A DNA stretch of 64,000 nt from Candidatus Poribacteria bacterium (lineage in GTDB: Bacteria; Poribacteria; WGA-4E; UBA9662), in the NCBI GenBank assembly GCA_046582655.1, contig JAYGDX010000082.1, positions 27,586 through 91,585 of the forward strand, written 5' to 3'. Position numbers and translations under genes: made by a program. Positions 18,606 through 29,119 of the stretch are shown piece after piece. The notes beneath the pieces were generated by a model, which did not search any database, was not told the DNA's origin, and worked only from the letters and a program-made list of their open reading frames with translations. Numbering within the stretch: position 1 is the stretch's first letter; each line of letters opens with the position of its first letter.

Positions 18606-20047
18606 GAATCAATACGGAACGCTGTTTTCAAGGGTATTATACTAAATACTAAATATGATTGATTTTACGAGTTACACAGTTGAGGAATGAATCTGCCAAA
18701 ATGCAACTAATATGACTATATCGATTTTCTAATTGCCAGCCAAAAGAATTATAGATGCTTGAAAGTTGAAAATAAAAGGTACAGACTAAAACCAACATAC
18801 TTTCAAAATTTCTTTCAATTTATCATATCTATGAACCTACCAAATGGGATCTTGGCAATAAGCCTAGGAACTACACGGCAATCATCAACCTATCCATCTG
18901 TTATTCAAACTCGATGGGCAAACCGAAGGATCAAACACCATATGGATTCCCACCACAAAATCGCCACCACTACTGTGTTGATGAGCCTTGACAATACCGC
19001 TATGAATGAATTTCCACTCTCAAATCCAGGTCTGTAACAATCCTTTTTGATTAACGAATGTGCAACTTTCCTCTCTCAACCAATCGTTGAACCTTCTATA
19101 AACTAGGATGCCAAGGACCAAACTGAAGAGATAGCTCTCTCCAAATACAGCCAATCCTAAGACGCCAAAGGATAACTACAAGTGACATCACCAATCTTAG
19201 ACTTGATCATAGACGCCAGAATCCAGCATGATAGATTTAAAATTCAACCAAATGCTAATCCGTAAGCACTAATGGCGCATAGCAAGCTCGTAGATGATTA
19301 TTTTGACAAGCACAATAATCCGGTTGGCTATCCTTTGCAAGTATTTAGATTGGAACCTCTCCCCAGTCTAGATGCACCTTTGCAAATGCTTGATTTATGA
19401 TTCCCTGTTAGAATAATCACTTCCTTTGTTGTTTCAAACCTTAAAAGATCTCTAAAGAATTGCAGTTCGTTATCAAACCAAATTGATCTCAGTTTCGTGA
19501 TGCGCGATTTTCCTGATCGACCAGCAGATTGATTAGAAAACACACAGCTGAAAGTTTAGGAGGCTTCACATCCTTCCCAAATCAGATTCAAATCAGTCCA
19601 AAGCTGCAATGGGAATTCGTAGCTCTTGTATCTAGCAAAAGTTTTTCTTGAAATTTTACTCAGTTTCGTTGGATTCCCTCGAATAGGGCTCGATTTTCTG
19701 CGAACCAGTATCTCCATATATAACCATCGAGTGCTTAGTCCCAATAGAACTATGTAAAGAGACTATGCTCCAATTTTAACGACACTCTGGAGAAAATGAA
19801 ATCCATGAATTAGGTTTTCAAAAAATGACCGTTCTCCTAAAAGGCCTTAACCCAGCTTAAGTGGAATTACCTGTTAAAAACTTAAGTACAATGGCATCTG
19901 ATCTTCTTTCAGTTAGAATTAAAAAAGACGCCTGTTTACTTAACACAGATCTCTTAATTTACAATGTCTCTTGACCCGTTATAGAGAGCTATGTCAATAT
20001 CAGAATCTGAATTTAATTTATTAAATCCGACCAAGGAAAATTTAGTC

Positions 20048-21321
20048 GTGAATCATCGTTGCATCATCGAATTATCGTGCCGCATGTTGCTGCTACTCAG
20101 TTTATCTCCGCGTCTACATGGCGAAGATGATTCGAAAACTGTACTTGTTATTACATGCCATGGTACTCATCAAAGCCTGTGAGCGGACGTTGGGGATGGC
20201 ACTGGACGATGAACTACTTTGATCCCGACAAAGTTAGCAAGAATGGCCAGCGAGAAGTGGCTTCATACGACTACCCTCTTATCGCCCCCTATGACTCCAA
20301 CGATGACCACACCCTAGAATGTCATGTGCTGCTAATGAAATTTGCAGGTATCAAAGGTGTGGTCATCGACTAGTATGGTATAGAGGATTTTCGGGACTGC
20401 GCTATGATTCACCGCAATACAAAGCATCTGATCAAATACATTAAGAAAGCGGAACTTCGGTTTGCAATCTGTGATGAAGACCAAACGGTCAAACACATGA
20501 TTGAAAGTAAGTTCCTTCAGAAACAGGAAGGTCGCACCTATGGCAAAAAAGTCCTAAAATGGCTCGACAACAACTGGTTTGGCGATGATGCCTATATAAA
20601 AGTCGACGACCGGCCCGTCCTGCTTGTCTTTGGCCCTCAACATTTCAAGAAAGAACAGTGGGACCTCATTATGTTGGGATTGTCGAAGCGCCTCTTGCTT
20701 TACGGATTGCCGCACCTTTCACAGAAAGCCAAGATGAGTGGCGTATTTGGCTGGCCCCCAGTATCTGGTAGCCGAGAGATAGTGCCCACTGTTTGGCAAA
20801 AATATCTTTTCCAACTGTATGCTAGAGGAGCAACTGGAGAAGCAGTCATCGCTGTAGCTTTTCCAGGGTTCCATGACATCTACAAGGATGTTGGTTTGCA
20901 CAATAGTATTGGATATATTGACGATCAAAAGGGAAAGACCTTCATCGAAACTTTTGAGCTTGCATGGAAGAGCGACTCACAATTCATCCAGATCGCAACG
21001 TGGAACGACTATGGTGAAGGAACGGTCATTGAACCAACAAAGGCATTCAAATATCAGTATCTAGAGGTGATTCAGAAGTATACTCAAACACGCTCCAAAG
21101 CAACTGCCTTGTTTAGCCGAGAAGATCTACAACTTCCTATAATGCTGTATAAGCTCAAAAAGAAGCACATGAAGAACCCTATGACTATGAAAGACCTGAA
21201 GAAGGCATCAACCTTGTTATTCTCTTCCAAGTGCAATGAAGTGAGAGCCATTCTTCAAAAGTATGCAGTAGAAAGTGGCAAACAAAACCATACAGTAGAT
21301 GCCAACAAGTTACATAGATAA
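20048..21321 (+). pseudogene. Glycoside hydrolase family 71/99-like gene, disrupted
   Basis: [14 protein letters not shown] and QIATWNDYGEGTVIEPT motifs. One base is missing near 20150 (LV-[H]-YMPWY), and an in-frame TAG at 20371-20373 sits where VVIDWYG needs Trp. Confidence 0.8.
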
Positions 21322-21705
21322 ACTTTGACTAATAGCTTCCGTTTGCTAATCTATTAGACACTTTTAGGGATTTTTGGACTTTCAGCAAATTCAAAGCTAA
21401 AACAGCATTGGGCATATAACTCAACTAGCTATAAGGGCTCAAAGCTAACTAGATCTCGTAAAACCTATCCAATTGATTGCACCCGATTTTTAGCCTAGAA
21501 AGAAAGATGACTAAGAATACTGGTATCTCCATAAGAAAGCCCGCCGTTACGGCCACCATCATCACGAGTTGAAGTCAGACAATGCTCTACACGCTTTGAT
21601 TAGCAATTATGACCTCAGCAGGCAACGTGCTTTGAGATTCTCAAACCTGTATAAAACTGCATCCTCATACTCCTGACGCCCCTAGCTGGCAGGTCAAGCA
21701 TCATC

Positions 21706-21920
21706 GAAGTCTATGCCGGTATTCAGTCAGCGGATACATTTCTCTTTCTGATTAGTTCGGATTCAGTGGTCTCCGAGATTCACATCTTGGAGATCCAACA
21801 TGCCATCCAGCACAACAAGCGTCTGGTGCTGTTAGTATGTCGGGGCGAGGAAGCTAATCAAGTTCACTCAGCCATGTCGGCCACATAACTGGGTATTTCC
21901 GTGGGAAGAAGATGAACTGG
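21706..21920 (+). pseudogene. TIR-domain gene remnant
   Basis: Manual translation EVYAGIQSADTFLFLISSDSVVSEIHILEIQHAIQHNKRLVLLV..VHSAMS, then after a frameshift HNWVF. No start codon or N-terminal strand found. Confidence 0.65.
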
Positions 21921-23088
21921 AACCAAATCCCCATCTGCTTCCAGTATTGTTATTGCGGAGGGATCTAATTCTATTCTGACAGAATCAAAGTTACTACGTA
22001 TATCAAACATACGTTTTTCCCCCTCAACATCAATCCAGAGGTATTCCAATAAAATACAGTATTTAACTCTTGGATAACTAGAAACTACTAATTGAAAAAT
22101 TTGATCCCACCAAACCGCGGGACCTATAATACAATGCGCATTCTCGCCGTTTGGTAACGATTTACCCGCTTGATAACAGGCAATGTTTATAAAAACAAAT
22201 TTTCCAGCCAAGCTGAAGATCTCGTCTATAATCCACTTGATGTCTTCTTGATGACAGTGTTCCATAACATCTGTCGAGATAACAGCATCATATTGTTTCT
22301 AAGGGAGTTTCTGATAGGGTAGATAAGCAGGATCGTAACAATAAATCGCATCAACTTCCCAATAATCTTGGAGACCTCGATATTTTAATTGATCTTTGTC
22401 TTCCAACAACAGATCCTTATATTGAAGTCCTTTGCCACTGCCATAATCCAATAAGGTTTGGGAATCTGTTAAAGTAATCAATTTTTTTATAGTACTAATC
22501 CAAGGTAATATGCTTCCACCCGCATACATCTTTTGAGAATCTATTTTATTTTCTGAGTCTCCATTAACATGTAATTTATTGTACATATCAATCAATGAAA
22601 GATAAACTGGACTAGGATTTTGCCTATGGTATTGGCTTTCTAAGGCAATATCTAAGTTATTAGGAGGTAATCCAACAGCTAATAAAATTTCATCACATTT
22701 TTGTATAGCATTCTGCGTTTGACGAGTGGCAGAATAGGCATACATTAAATTACGATGAACTGCGATGTCATTCGATTCAATCGCAATAGCACTATTATAT
22801 GAATCAATCGCATCATAATAAGATCCTCGTTGGATATATGCATTTCCTAAGTTAACGTATAAATCAGCAGAATCTGGATCTATATGTAGCCCACCTAAAT
22901 ATGCCCGGATTGCCATTTGATATTGACCTAAGCAATGGTAAGGCATTGCCTATAAGAAGATAGATATCATTATCTTGAACACCATGTTGAATCAGTGGTT
23001 GTAAAATTTGCGTGACTTGTTTGTACTGTTTCAACCGATAGTGTTCCAATGCAATTTGGACGACTTGTTTCAAGCTAATCTTTTTCAT
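21864..23088 (-). pseudogene. TPR + class I SAM-dependent methyltransferase, disrupted
   Basis: TPRs (YVNLGNAY), LLDYGSGKG and YDAVISTDVMEH. An extra base near 22941 joins the 74-aa and 215-aa ORFs; an in-frame TAG at 22299-22301 joins the 133-aa ORF. Confidence 0.8.
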
Positions 23089-23487
23089 AGAAGTCTTAAT
23101 TGCTTAAATAGTGTTTTTTTGACCGGAGATTATACTCTACAGACTATGGATTTTCAGAGAGGGTACCATTTTTTATCAAGCAACGATAACACTAGGCCAG
23201 TCACCTGACTTCACAGAACCAAACATAGTTATAGAAGGATACTATGGAGAATTAGGACGGTTCAACATTACGCATCCAAGGGTATACAGTGGATAATGTC
23301 CAACAGACTTTCCTACCCTTTTCCTTATGTATTATACCCAAAGGAGTTTCTATTGCCAATACACCACCACTATGTCCAACGAATTTATGATAAATGTGGC
23401 ACTTTGGTGGGGCAATGGGTATGATGAACCGTAGGCCTTGATGACAACCCATCGAAATCTTACGATCGCTTTGTGCTATGTATCGTG

Positions 23488-23527
23488 CATACTGGAAAAG
23501 GACCAAACATACTGGAAAAGGACCAAA
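23488..23527. repeat. Perfect 20-bp tandem duplication
   Basis: CATACTGGAAAAGGACCAAA occurs twice in tandem. Confidence 0.95.
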
Positions 23528-24037
23528 GAGAGATCGGAGGCAATTATGTCAAAGCTCACGAAGAAAAACGGACAAAAGGCCTATTCTAGGTTGGACTTTC
23601 ATCCTTCTGTCACATTCTTCGAGCGACCTAATCGCCTCAAAATTAGCAATTTTTAGCAATTTTCCTCTCGGGTTTTATCGGTTGGAAATGTCAGGAAAAA
23701 CCAGTTTTTCAGTTTCAAATCCTAAAAGCATTAGCTATAAAGCCATCTTGTATAAAAAAAGTGTGCCCCCTCCTCGACATTTTGCGGCCACAAATGTGAT
23801 CCCCGGGGATCATCGTTACGTACCTTGCAGGCTGATCTCTTCAGCTATCCAAGCATTACAAAGAAAGAACGTTTTCTCAGAATCAAACTCGGTGAGTTAT
23901 TCTTGTAGGAATAAAGTTTATTTACTTTTATATTTAGGTGGCGCGAGTAACCGCATTAAAGTTAGAAACTAAAATATAAATTCAGGTAAGTTTTCTATCA
24001 CTGTTTCTGTCGTGGGAAACGTCTATGACTGGTTGTT

Positions 24038-25096
24038 CTAGGATTGCGTTGCCACCTGCTTAGCCTTGTTGATCTCGGTCAACAGATCCATCGCGTGCAA
24101 CGACTCCTCCTGGTTGTATTGCGGGCACTCACGTAGGCCAGCAGCTAAGCAACGATGAACTGCTTCTGCTTGGTAAAGAAAACCATGCTGGTTCGGGGAG
24201 CCTCTGGGTATGCTTACAGCTCCCGGCAACGGATACTCAAAAAGCTGTACCGGCGCTGGCGCGTTAGCGGTCCTATAGCGCGAAGGCACTCCATTGGGCG
24301 GAGGAACTCGGATAGTGATGCGTGTTGGACAATGCCCCGGCTGTTCCAAGGTGATCCGACCTTTTGTGCCAATTAACTCTGTCACTTCTGCAAGCTCGCA
24401 ATTGGACGGTGGAAACGTCAGAACGGCACACTTTTCATCACCGTACTCCACAATTGCACCGCTGGCCTTGCGCCCTGCGGCAGTGATAGCCGTTGGCACT
24501 GCCTGTGCCCCAAACGCCAATGGAGCAGCCTGTATAGCGTAGATAGGATCAAAGAAGTCAGACTGGGTCATCACAACCTCGCCAATGGTGCCAGCCTCGA
24601 TGGCAACACGGGCGTGCTCCACCGCTGGGAAGAACCTAGTCCACATTCCGTCCTGCAACATTACGTCTTTCGCTACTGACGCAGTATACATGGCTCGCGC
24701 ATCGGAGGCGTTCTCCGCAAGCGGCTTCTCGCACAGCACATGTTTGCCTGCCTCAATAGCGAGAAGGCTGTGCTCTTTGTGGAGTCTAGTGATCGTCCCA
24801 ACGTACACAATATCCACGTCAGGGGCTGCCACCATCTCAGCGTAGCTGCCGTAGGAAGATGTGATGCTATACTTCGCCGCAAACTCCTTGGCACGGTCGG
24901 CAGACCGCGCAGCCACGGCGGTCACCGTCGCTCCTTCGCACTCACGCAAGCACATGACCCATTGAGCAGAGATAGAACCGGCTCCGATAATACCCCAACG
25001 CAACGGGAATGCGACATCTGCCAGCTTTGTAATGTTGAGGCGAACGTCCATTGGTGTCGAAAGAGGCAGGTCACTTGCAGCAAAATCCATGATCAT
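24038..25096 (-). CDS. Gfo/Idh/MocA family oxidoreductase (dihydrodiol dehydrogenase-like)
   Basis: LRWGIIGAGSIS, VDIVYVGT, GKHVLCEKP and MWTRFFP motifs. Confidence 0.9.
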   Translation of the reverse strand: MIMDFAASDLPLSTPMDVRLNITKLADVAFPLRWGIIGAGSISAQWVMCLRECEGATVTAVAARSADRAKEFAAKYSITSSYGSYAEMVAAPDVDIVYVGTITRLHKEHSLLAIEAGKHVLCEKPLAENASDARAMYTASVAKDVMLQDGMWTRFFPAVEHARVAIEAGTIGEVVMTQSDFFDPIYAIQAAPLAFGAQAVPTAITAAGRKASGAIVEYGDEKCAVLTFPPSNCELAEVTELIGTKGRITLEQPGHCPTRITIRVPPPNGVPSRYRTANAPAPVQLFEYPLPGAVSIPRGSPNQHGFLYQAEAVHRCLAAGLRECPQYNQEESLHAMDLLTEINKAKQVATQS

Positions 25097-25718
25097 ACAT
25101 TTTACACTGTACAGCAGAGGTTTTCGAAATAGAACAAAATTAAATCCTTCTCCGGTTTCTTAAGGAACACCAAATTATGAAGACGTCCGCACAGCAAAAG
25201 TTTACGCAACTTTTACCTACCCAAAACCAAGTCATGAGCCAAGGGAGTTCACCGGTTACTGGGCTTCCTATCACAAGAATCCTACTTTATCAACTAGATT
25301 TGAATCTGGTGTCCCTAGCACATACCCTGTACACGAGTTGTCTATTGCACAGGTATCAAAAGTTGTTTAACTGTGGGTTTCAAGCAACTACCACTTCAAA
25401 CCCACCATACCTCTCTCTTACAACTGATTATTGTAAGTGCTGACTCTGGTAGGATAATTCTGTTTCGTCAAAACCAAAATCAACAACAGCGAGAGCACTG
25501 ATGACCTAGATATACTAGCAGCTAAATCGATCCCGAAGTTAAAGCACTACACAAGGTCATGAGTAAGGTATGTCCCTAGCAACTTCAACATGCTTACTTC
25601 ATTTAACAATAATACAACAACACAACCATCTATTAACCGATCGTTCTTTGGAATTTCATTACGATCGGCTCCGCTAGGATCTTGATTTAGGGAGGTTCTC
25701 CCAAAACCATACGTCTTT

Positions 25719-25772
25719 AAAAAAAGACCTCCTACATAAGCTAATCTTTTCTTTTTTGGCTTATATTAGGAG
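25719..25772 (-). terminator. Possible intrinsic terminator after the CBM9-like genes
   Basis: Imperfect inverted repeat CTCCTACATAAGC...GCTTATATTAGGAG, followed on the minus strand by a T-run. Confidence 0.4.
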
Positions 25773-25791
25773 ATCGATAGTAGCAAATAAA

Positions 25792-26595
25792 TTATTTTTG
25801 CGTCTTGATTCCTCCCCAAGCCACAGAAAGTTTGCCTCTAGCACGAACAGGCATGGATTCATCTGAGAAAATAATGTGTCCGAACCCTTGACTTTGATCA
25901 TGAGCCTCACGACCGGTCCAGGTCATCTGCAATTTTCTATCAGCCCCGTCATCGGCATCATCAAAAACAGGATGGAAACCCATGGCTTTGCCTACTTTGA
26001 AATCTAAGGATTTGACGTTGGCATACTCGATGGCAACCTCGCAGACATATCCCTTACCAGTTTTGGTGGATTTCACCTTCAGGTAATCAGGCTCTCTACC
26101 ACCATTCCCATCCATGTTACACCAGTTCCATCTTTTGTTATCAGGATTAAAACCCCACTGGTAATGGATAGTCCCATTGTGCGGAGCGACAGCTTTAGGA
26201 GCAGACAAGAACACTTCTATGCAGTCAGCATTCCAAATGCCAGAACCGTCTTTCTGCAGGGACAGCTTGTCATCCTTCATAACTGATGCCATGTAAATAT
26301 TATCATCATCCCATAACACGTAAAATTCGCCACTGCTATCGGCAGGATTCTTCCAAGCAGCTGCACCCTGAGCAGCACCAGGAAAGATCTGTTCCTTGGT
26401 ATCAAGTACTGCTGGGGTTAAGTAATCCAACATCCAATCGTCTAACTTCCCATCAATCTTGGGAGAGCCCCTGAGGACATCTATTACCAATGGTTCCCCG
26501 GTTTTTGGATGTGTTGCTGGCTTGTCTGCGGCAATTGCCATAATCGAAATAAGCAGAAGCAGGTTCCAGATTAAAAGATGTTTTGTGAATCGCAT
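25792..26595 (-). CDS. Secreted CBM9/DOMON-like sugar-binding protein (paralog 2)
   Basis: Signal peptide; PKIDGKLDDW, WDDDNIY, DCIEVF and GYVCEVAI motifs; C-terminal GKLSVAWGGIK. Confidence 0.82.
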   Translation of the reverse strand: MRFTKHLLIWNLLLLISIMAIAADKPATHPKTGEPLVIDVLRGSPKIDGKLDDWMLDYLTPAVLDTKEQIFPGAAQGAAAWKNPADSSGEFYVLWDDDNIYMASVMKDDKLSLQKDGSGIWNADCIEVFLSAPKAVAPHNGTIHYQWGFNPDNKRWNWCNMDGNGGREPDYLKVKSTKTGKGYVCEVAIEYANVKSLDFKVGKAMGFHPVFDDADDGADRKLQMTWTGREAHDQSQGFGHIIFSDESMPVRARGKLSVAWGGIKTQK

Positions 26596-26653
26596 TTTAC
26601 AGTATTATCTCCTTAACGAGGTCTATTCTTTTATATCGAGAGCAGCAGGAAAA

Positions 26654-27457
26654 CTACTGCTGCGTCTTCATTTCACTCCAAACTGCAGCAAGTTTGCCTT
26701 TGGCATGTACGGGCGCCACTGCGCGACTCGAGAGTATTATGTGTCCAAATCCTTTGCTCTGATCGTGAGCCTCACGGCCAGTCCAGGTCATCTGTAGTTG
26801 CCTATTAGGTCCATCATCGGCATCATCAAAACAAGGGTGAAAACCAATGGCATTACCTGCTTTGAAACCTAAGGATTTGATGTGTGAGTAGTCAATAGCA
26901 ACCTCGCAGATATATCCATCGCTAGTTTTAGCAGATTTTATCTTGAGGTAATCAGGTTTTCTACCACCATTCCCATCCATGTTACACCAGTTCCAAATCT
27001 GGTCTTTGACGTCAAAACCATACTGGTAATGGATGGTGTTTTTGTGCGGAGTGACAGCTTTAGGAGCAGAAAAGAACACTTCTATCGCGTCAGCATTCCA
27101 GATAGCACCACCCGTTTTCTGATTGGACAACTTATCATCCTTCATGACTGCCGCAATGTAGACGTTATTATCATCCCATTGCACGTAAAACTCACCACTG
27201 CTATCCTTCGGCCCCGTCCAATTTGCTACAGGACCAGCCCCAGGGAAGATTTGTTCTTTGGTATCAAGCACGGCTGGAGTTAGCGCCCCAAGATCCCAAT
27301 CGTTTAATTTACCATCAATTTTGGGCGTCCCCTTAAAACAGTCTATTACCAACGACTTCCCGGTCTTGGGATGTTTCGCCGCCGGATCCGCCGCGATCGC
27401 TACATTGGATACGAACAAAATCAAACACCAAATGAAACAGCATTTTGTAAATTGCAT
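26654..27457 (-). CDS. Secreted CBM9/DOMON-like sugar-binding protein (paralog 1)
   Basis: Same length (267 aa) and motifs as its neighbour; C-terminal GKLAAVWSEMK. Confidence 0.82.
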   Translation of the reverse strand: MQFTKCCFIWCLILFVSNVAIAADPAAKHPKTGKSLVIDCFKGTPKIDGKLNDWDLGALTPAVLDTKEQIFPGAGPVANWTGPKDSSGEFYVQWDDNNVYIAAVMKDDKLSNQKTGGAIWNADAIEVFFSAPKAVTPHKNTIHYQYGFDVKDQIWNWCNMDGNGGRKPDYLKIKSAKTSDGYICEVAIDYSHIKSLGFKAGNAIGFHPCFDDADDGPNRQLQMTWTGREAHDQSKGFGHIILSSRAVAPVHAKGKLAAVWSEMKTQQ

Positions 27458-27859
27458 TTTATTAAGTTACCTTAACAAAAGCTTTATTTATGTACATACA
27501 ATACCTTGTCAATCTAACATACACCTCTTGAACCCGTCAAGATTTTTCTCTTGATTGTTACTTCAGAACAAGTCAGGACGATGCGGTATCAGAACGAGAT
27601 GGACAGTGGGCGATACTATGTATGGCAAACATCCACCTTCAGGGAGAAGCAGAGACTTTTAAACAGTGAACTGAAACTCCCATATAGCCGCCTCAGGACG
27701 ATGAACCGGTAGAACATTTGATGAATGTTAAGAGATCAAACAAAGGGGTGTCAAATAGCTTGTACAGCGGAATAAATCAAAGAAACGAAAATATTATTAT
27801 CGCTCAATATTGTTTTTCTACGCACACATATGAGATAATTAATCAGCAACGAGGTTAGA

Positions 27860-29119
27860 ATGAAATTTGGGTTGTTTTATGAACATCAGATTCCACGTCC
27901 TTGGGATGACGGAGATGAACTGCAGCTATTTCAAGACGCCCTTGCCCAAGTTGAACTAGCCGATCAACTTGGGTTTGATTATATCTGGGAAGTTGAACAC
28001 CATTTTCTAGAAGAGTATTCACATTCTTCCGCGCCCGAAGTTTTCTTGGCAGCTTGCAGCCAACGAACTAAACAGATTCGGTTAGGACACGGTATCGTCC
28101 TTCATCCACCTGCATATAACCATCCAGCCCGCATCGCTGAACGGCTTGCCACCTTAGATCTAGTGTCCAACGGTCGTGTAGAGTGGGGAACAGGCGAGTC
28201 TGCCTCACGTGTTGAGATTGAAGCTTTCAACATAGATCCCACCCAAAAACGTGAGATGTGGCTGGAATCCGTGCGAGAAACCGCAAAGATGATGGTCCAG
28301 TCGCCCTATTCTGGCTGCGAGGGAAAGTATTTCTCGATGCCATCACGAAACATTGTGCCTAAACCCGTACAAAAGCCCCACCCTCCTATCTGGGTTGCCT
28401 GTTCCAACCGAGAGACAATTCGGGTCGCAGCTAAACTTGGAATTGGCGCGCTCACCTTTGCCTTTATAGATCCTGAAGAAGCTAGAAGTTGGGTCGATGA
28501 ATACTATGAAATTTTTCAAAAAGAGTGTACTCCAATTGGACAAGCAGTAAATCCGAATATTGCTATGGTTACTGGCTTCTCATGTCATGAAAAAGAGCAG
28601 GTTGCCGCTGAACGCAGTTTGAAGGGACTCCGGTTTTTCATGTATGCGCTTAACCATTTTTACTTTAACGGTTCTCATACACCAAGTAAAACAGATATAT
28701 GGCAAGCATACGAAAAAACAAATCAGCCGCCTCTGGAAAGACGCGGAGGAATCGGTACACCTCTTCAGATTCGTGACCATCTCGCCAAATTTGAAGAGGC
28801 AGGCGTGGATCAGATAATTTTCATACAGCAAGCGGGGAAAAACCTGCATCGACATATCTGTGAATCCCTTGAGCTTTTTACGTCTAAAGTCTTGCCAGAG
28901 TTTAAGGAACGAGATCAAATTCAAACAAAGCAAAAAACTGATAAATTAGCCGATGCCATTAAACGGGCAAAGGCTCTGGTTAAAACAATTCCTTCTGACG
29001 CTCAGGTGCCAACTGTTGAGGCTTATCCAATCTTGCAAAAGAAACTAGAAGGCCATCCGAATCCAACAGATCAGCAATCCTCCTGGTCTGAAGCAATCGA
29101 AGGAGGAAAACAGGCATGA
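27860..29119 (+). CDS. LLM-class flavin-dependent oxidoreductase (luciferase-like monooxygenase)
   Basis: MKFGLF, EVEHHF, IAERLATLDLVSNGRVEWGTG and PKPVQKPHPPIW motifs. Confidence 0.92.
   Translation: MKFGLFYEHQIPRPWDDGDELQLFQDALAQVELADQLGFDYIWEVEHHFLEEYSHSSAPEVFLAACSQRTKQIRLGHGIVLHPPAYNHPARIAERLATLDLVSNGRVEWGTGESASRVEIEAFNIDPTQKREMWLESVRETAKMMVQSPYSGCEGKYFSMPSRNIVPKPVQKPHPPIWVACSNRETIRVAAKLGIGALTFAFIDPEEARSWVDEYYEIFQKECTPIGQAVNPNIAMVTGFSCHEKEQVAAERSLKGLRFFMYALNHFYFNGSHTPSKTDIWQAYEKTNQPPLERRGGIGTPLQIRDHLAKFEEAGVDQIIFIQQAGKNLHRHICESLELFTSKVLPEFKERDQIQTKQKTDKLADAIKRAKALVKTIPSDAQVPTVEAYPILQKKLEGHPNPTDQQSSWSEAIEGGKQA

Noticed and set aside
18759..19990. Short ORFs and hydrophobic minus-strand fragments that may be remnants of a membrane protein or sugar-binding gene
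   Set aside because: Too eroded to assign by eye; needs blastx.
20371..22301. Two neighbouring genes each interrupted by an in-frame TAG, suggesting amber recoding or pyrrolysine
   Set aside because: Both genes also carry frameshifts, one TAG replaces a conserved Trp by a single substitution, intact genes such as rplL and rplA end in TAG, and no suppressor tRNA or pyl genes are visible.
23488..23527. Possible CRISPR repeat
   Set aside because: Only two adjacent copies with no spacer, and no cas genes in the window.
23252..23972. ORFs of 72-164 aa around the tandem duplication
   Set aside because: No recognisable motifs or RBS; likely spurious frames in decayed DNA.
27550..27800. Repeated TCAGGACGATG in the intergenic region; possible ncRNA
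   Set aside because: Only two 11-nt copies and no convincing structure or known riboswitch motif.
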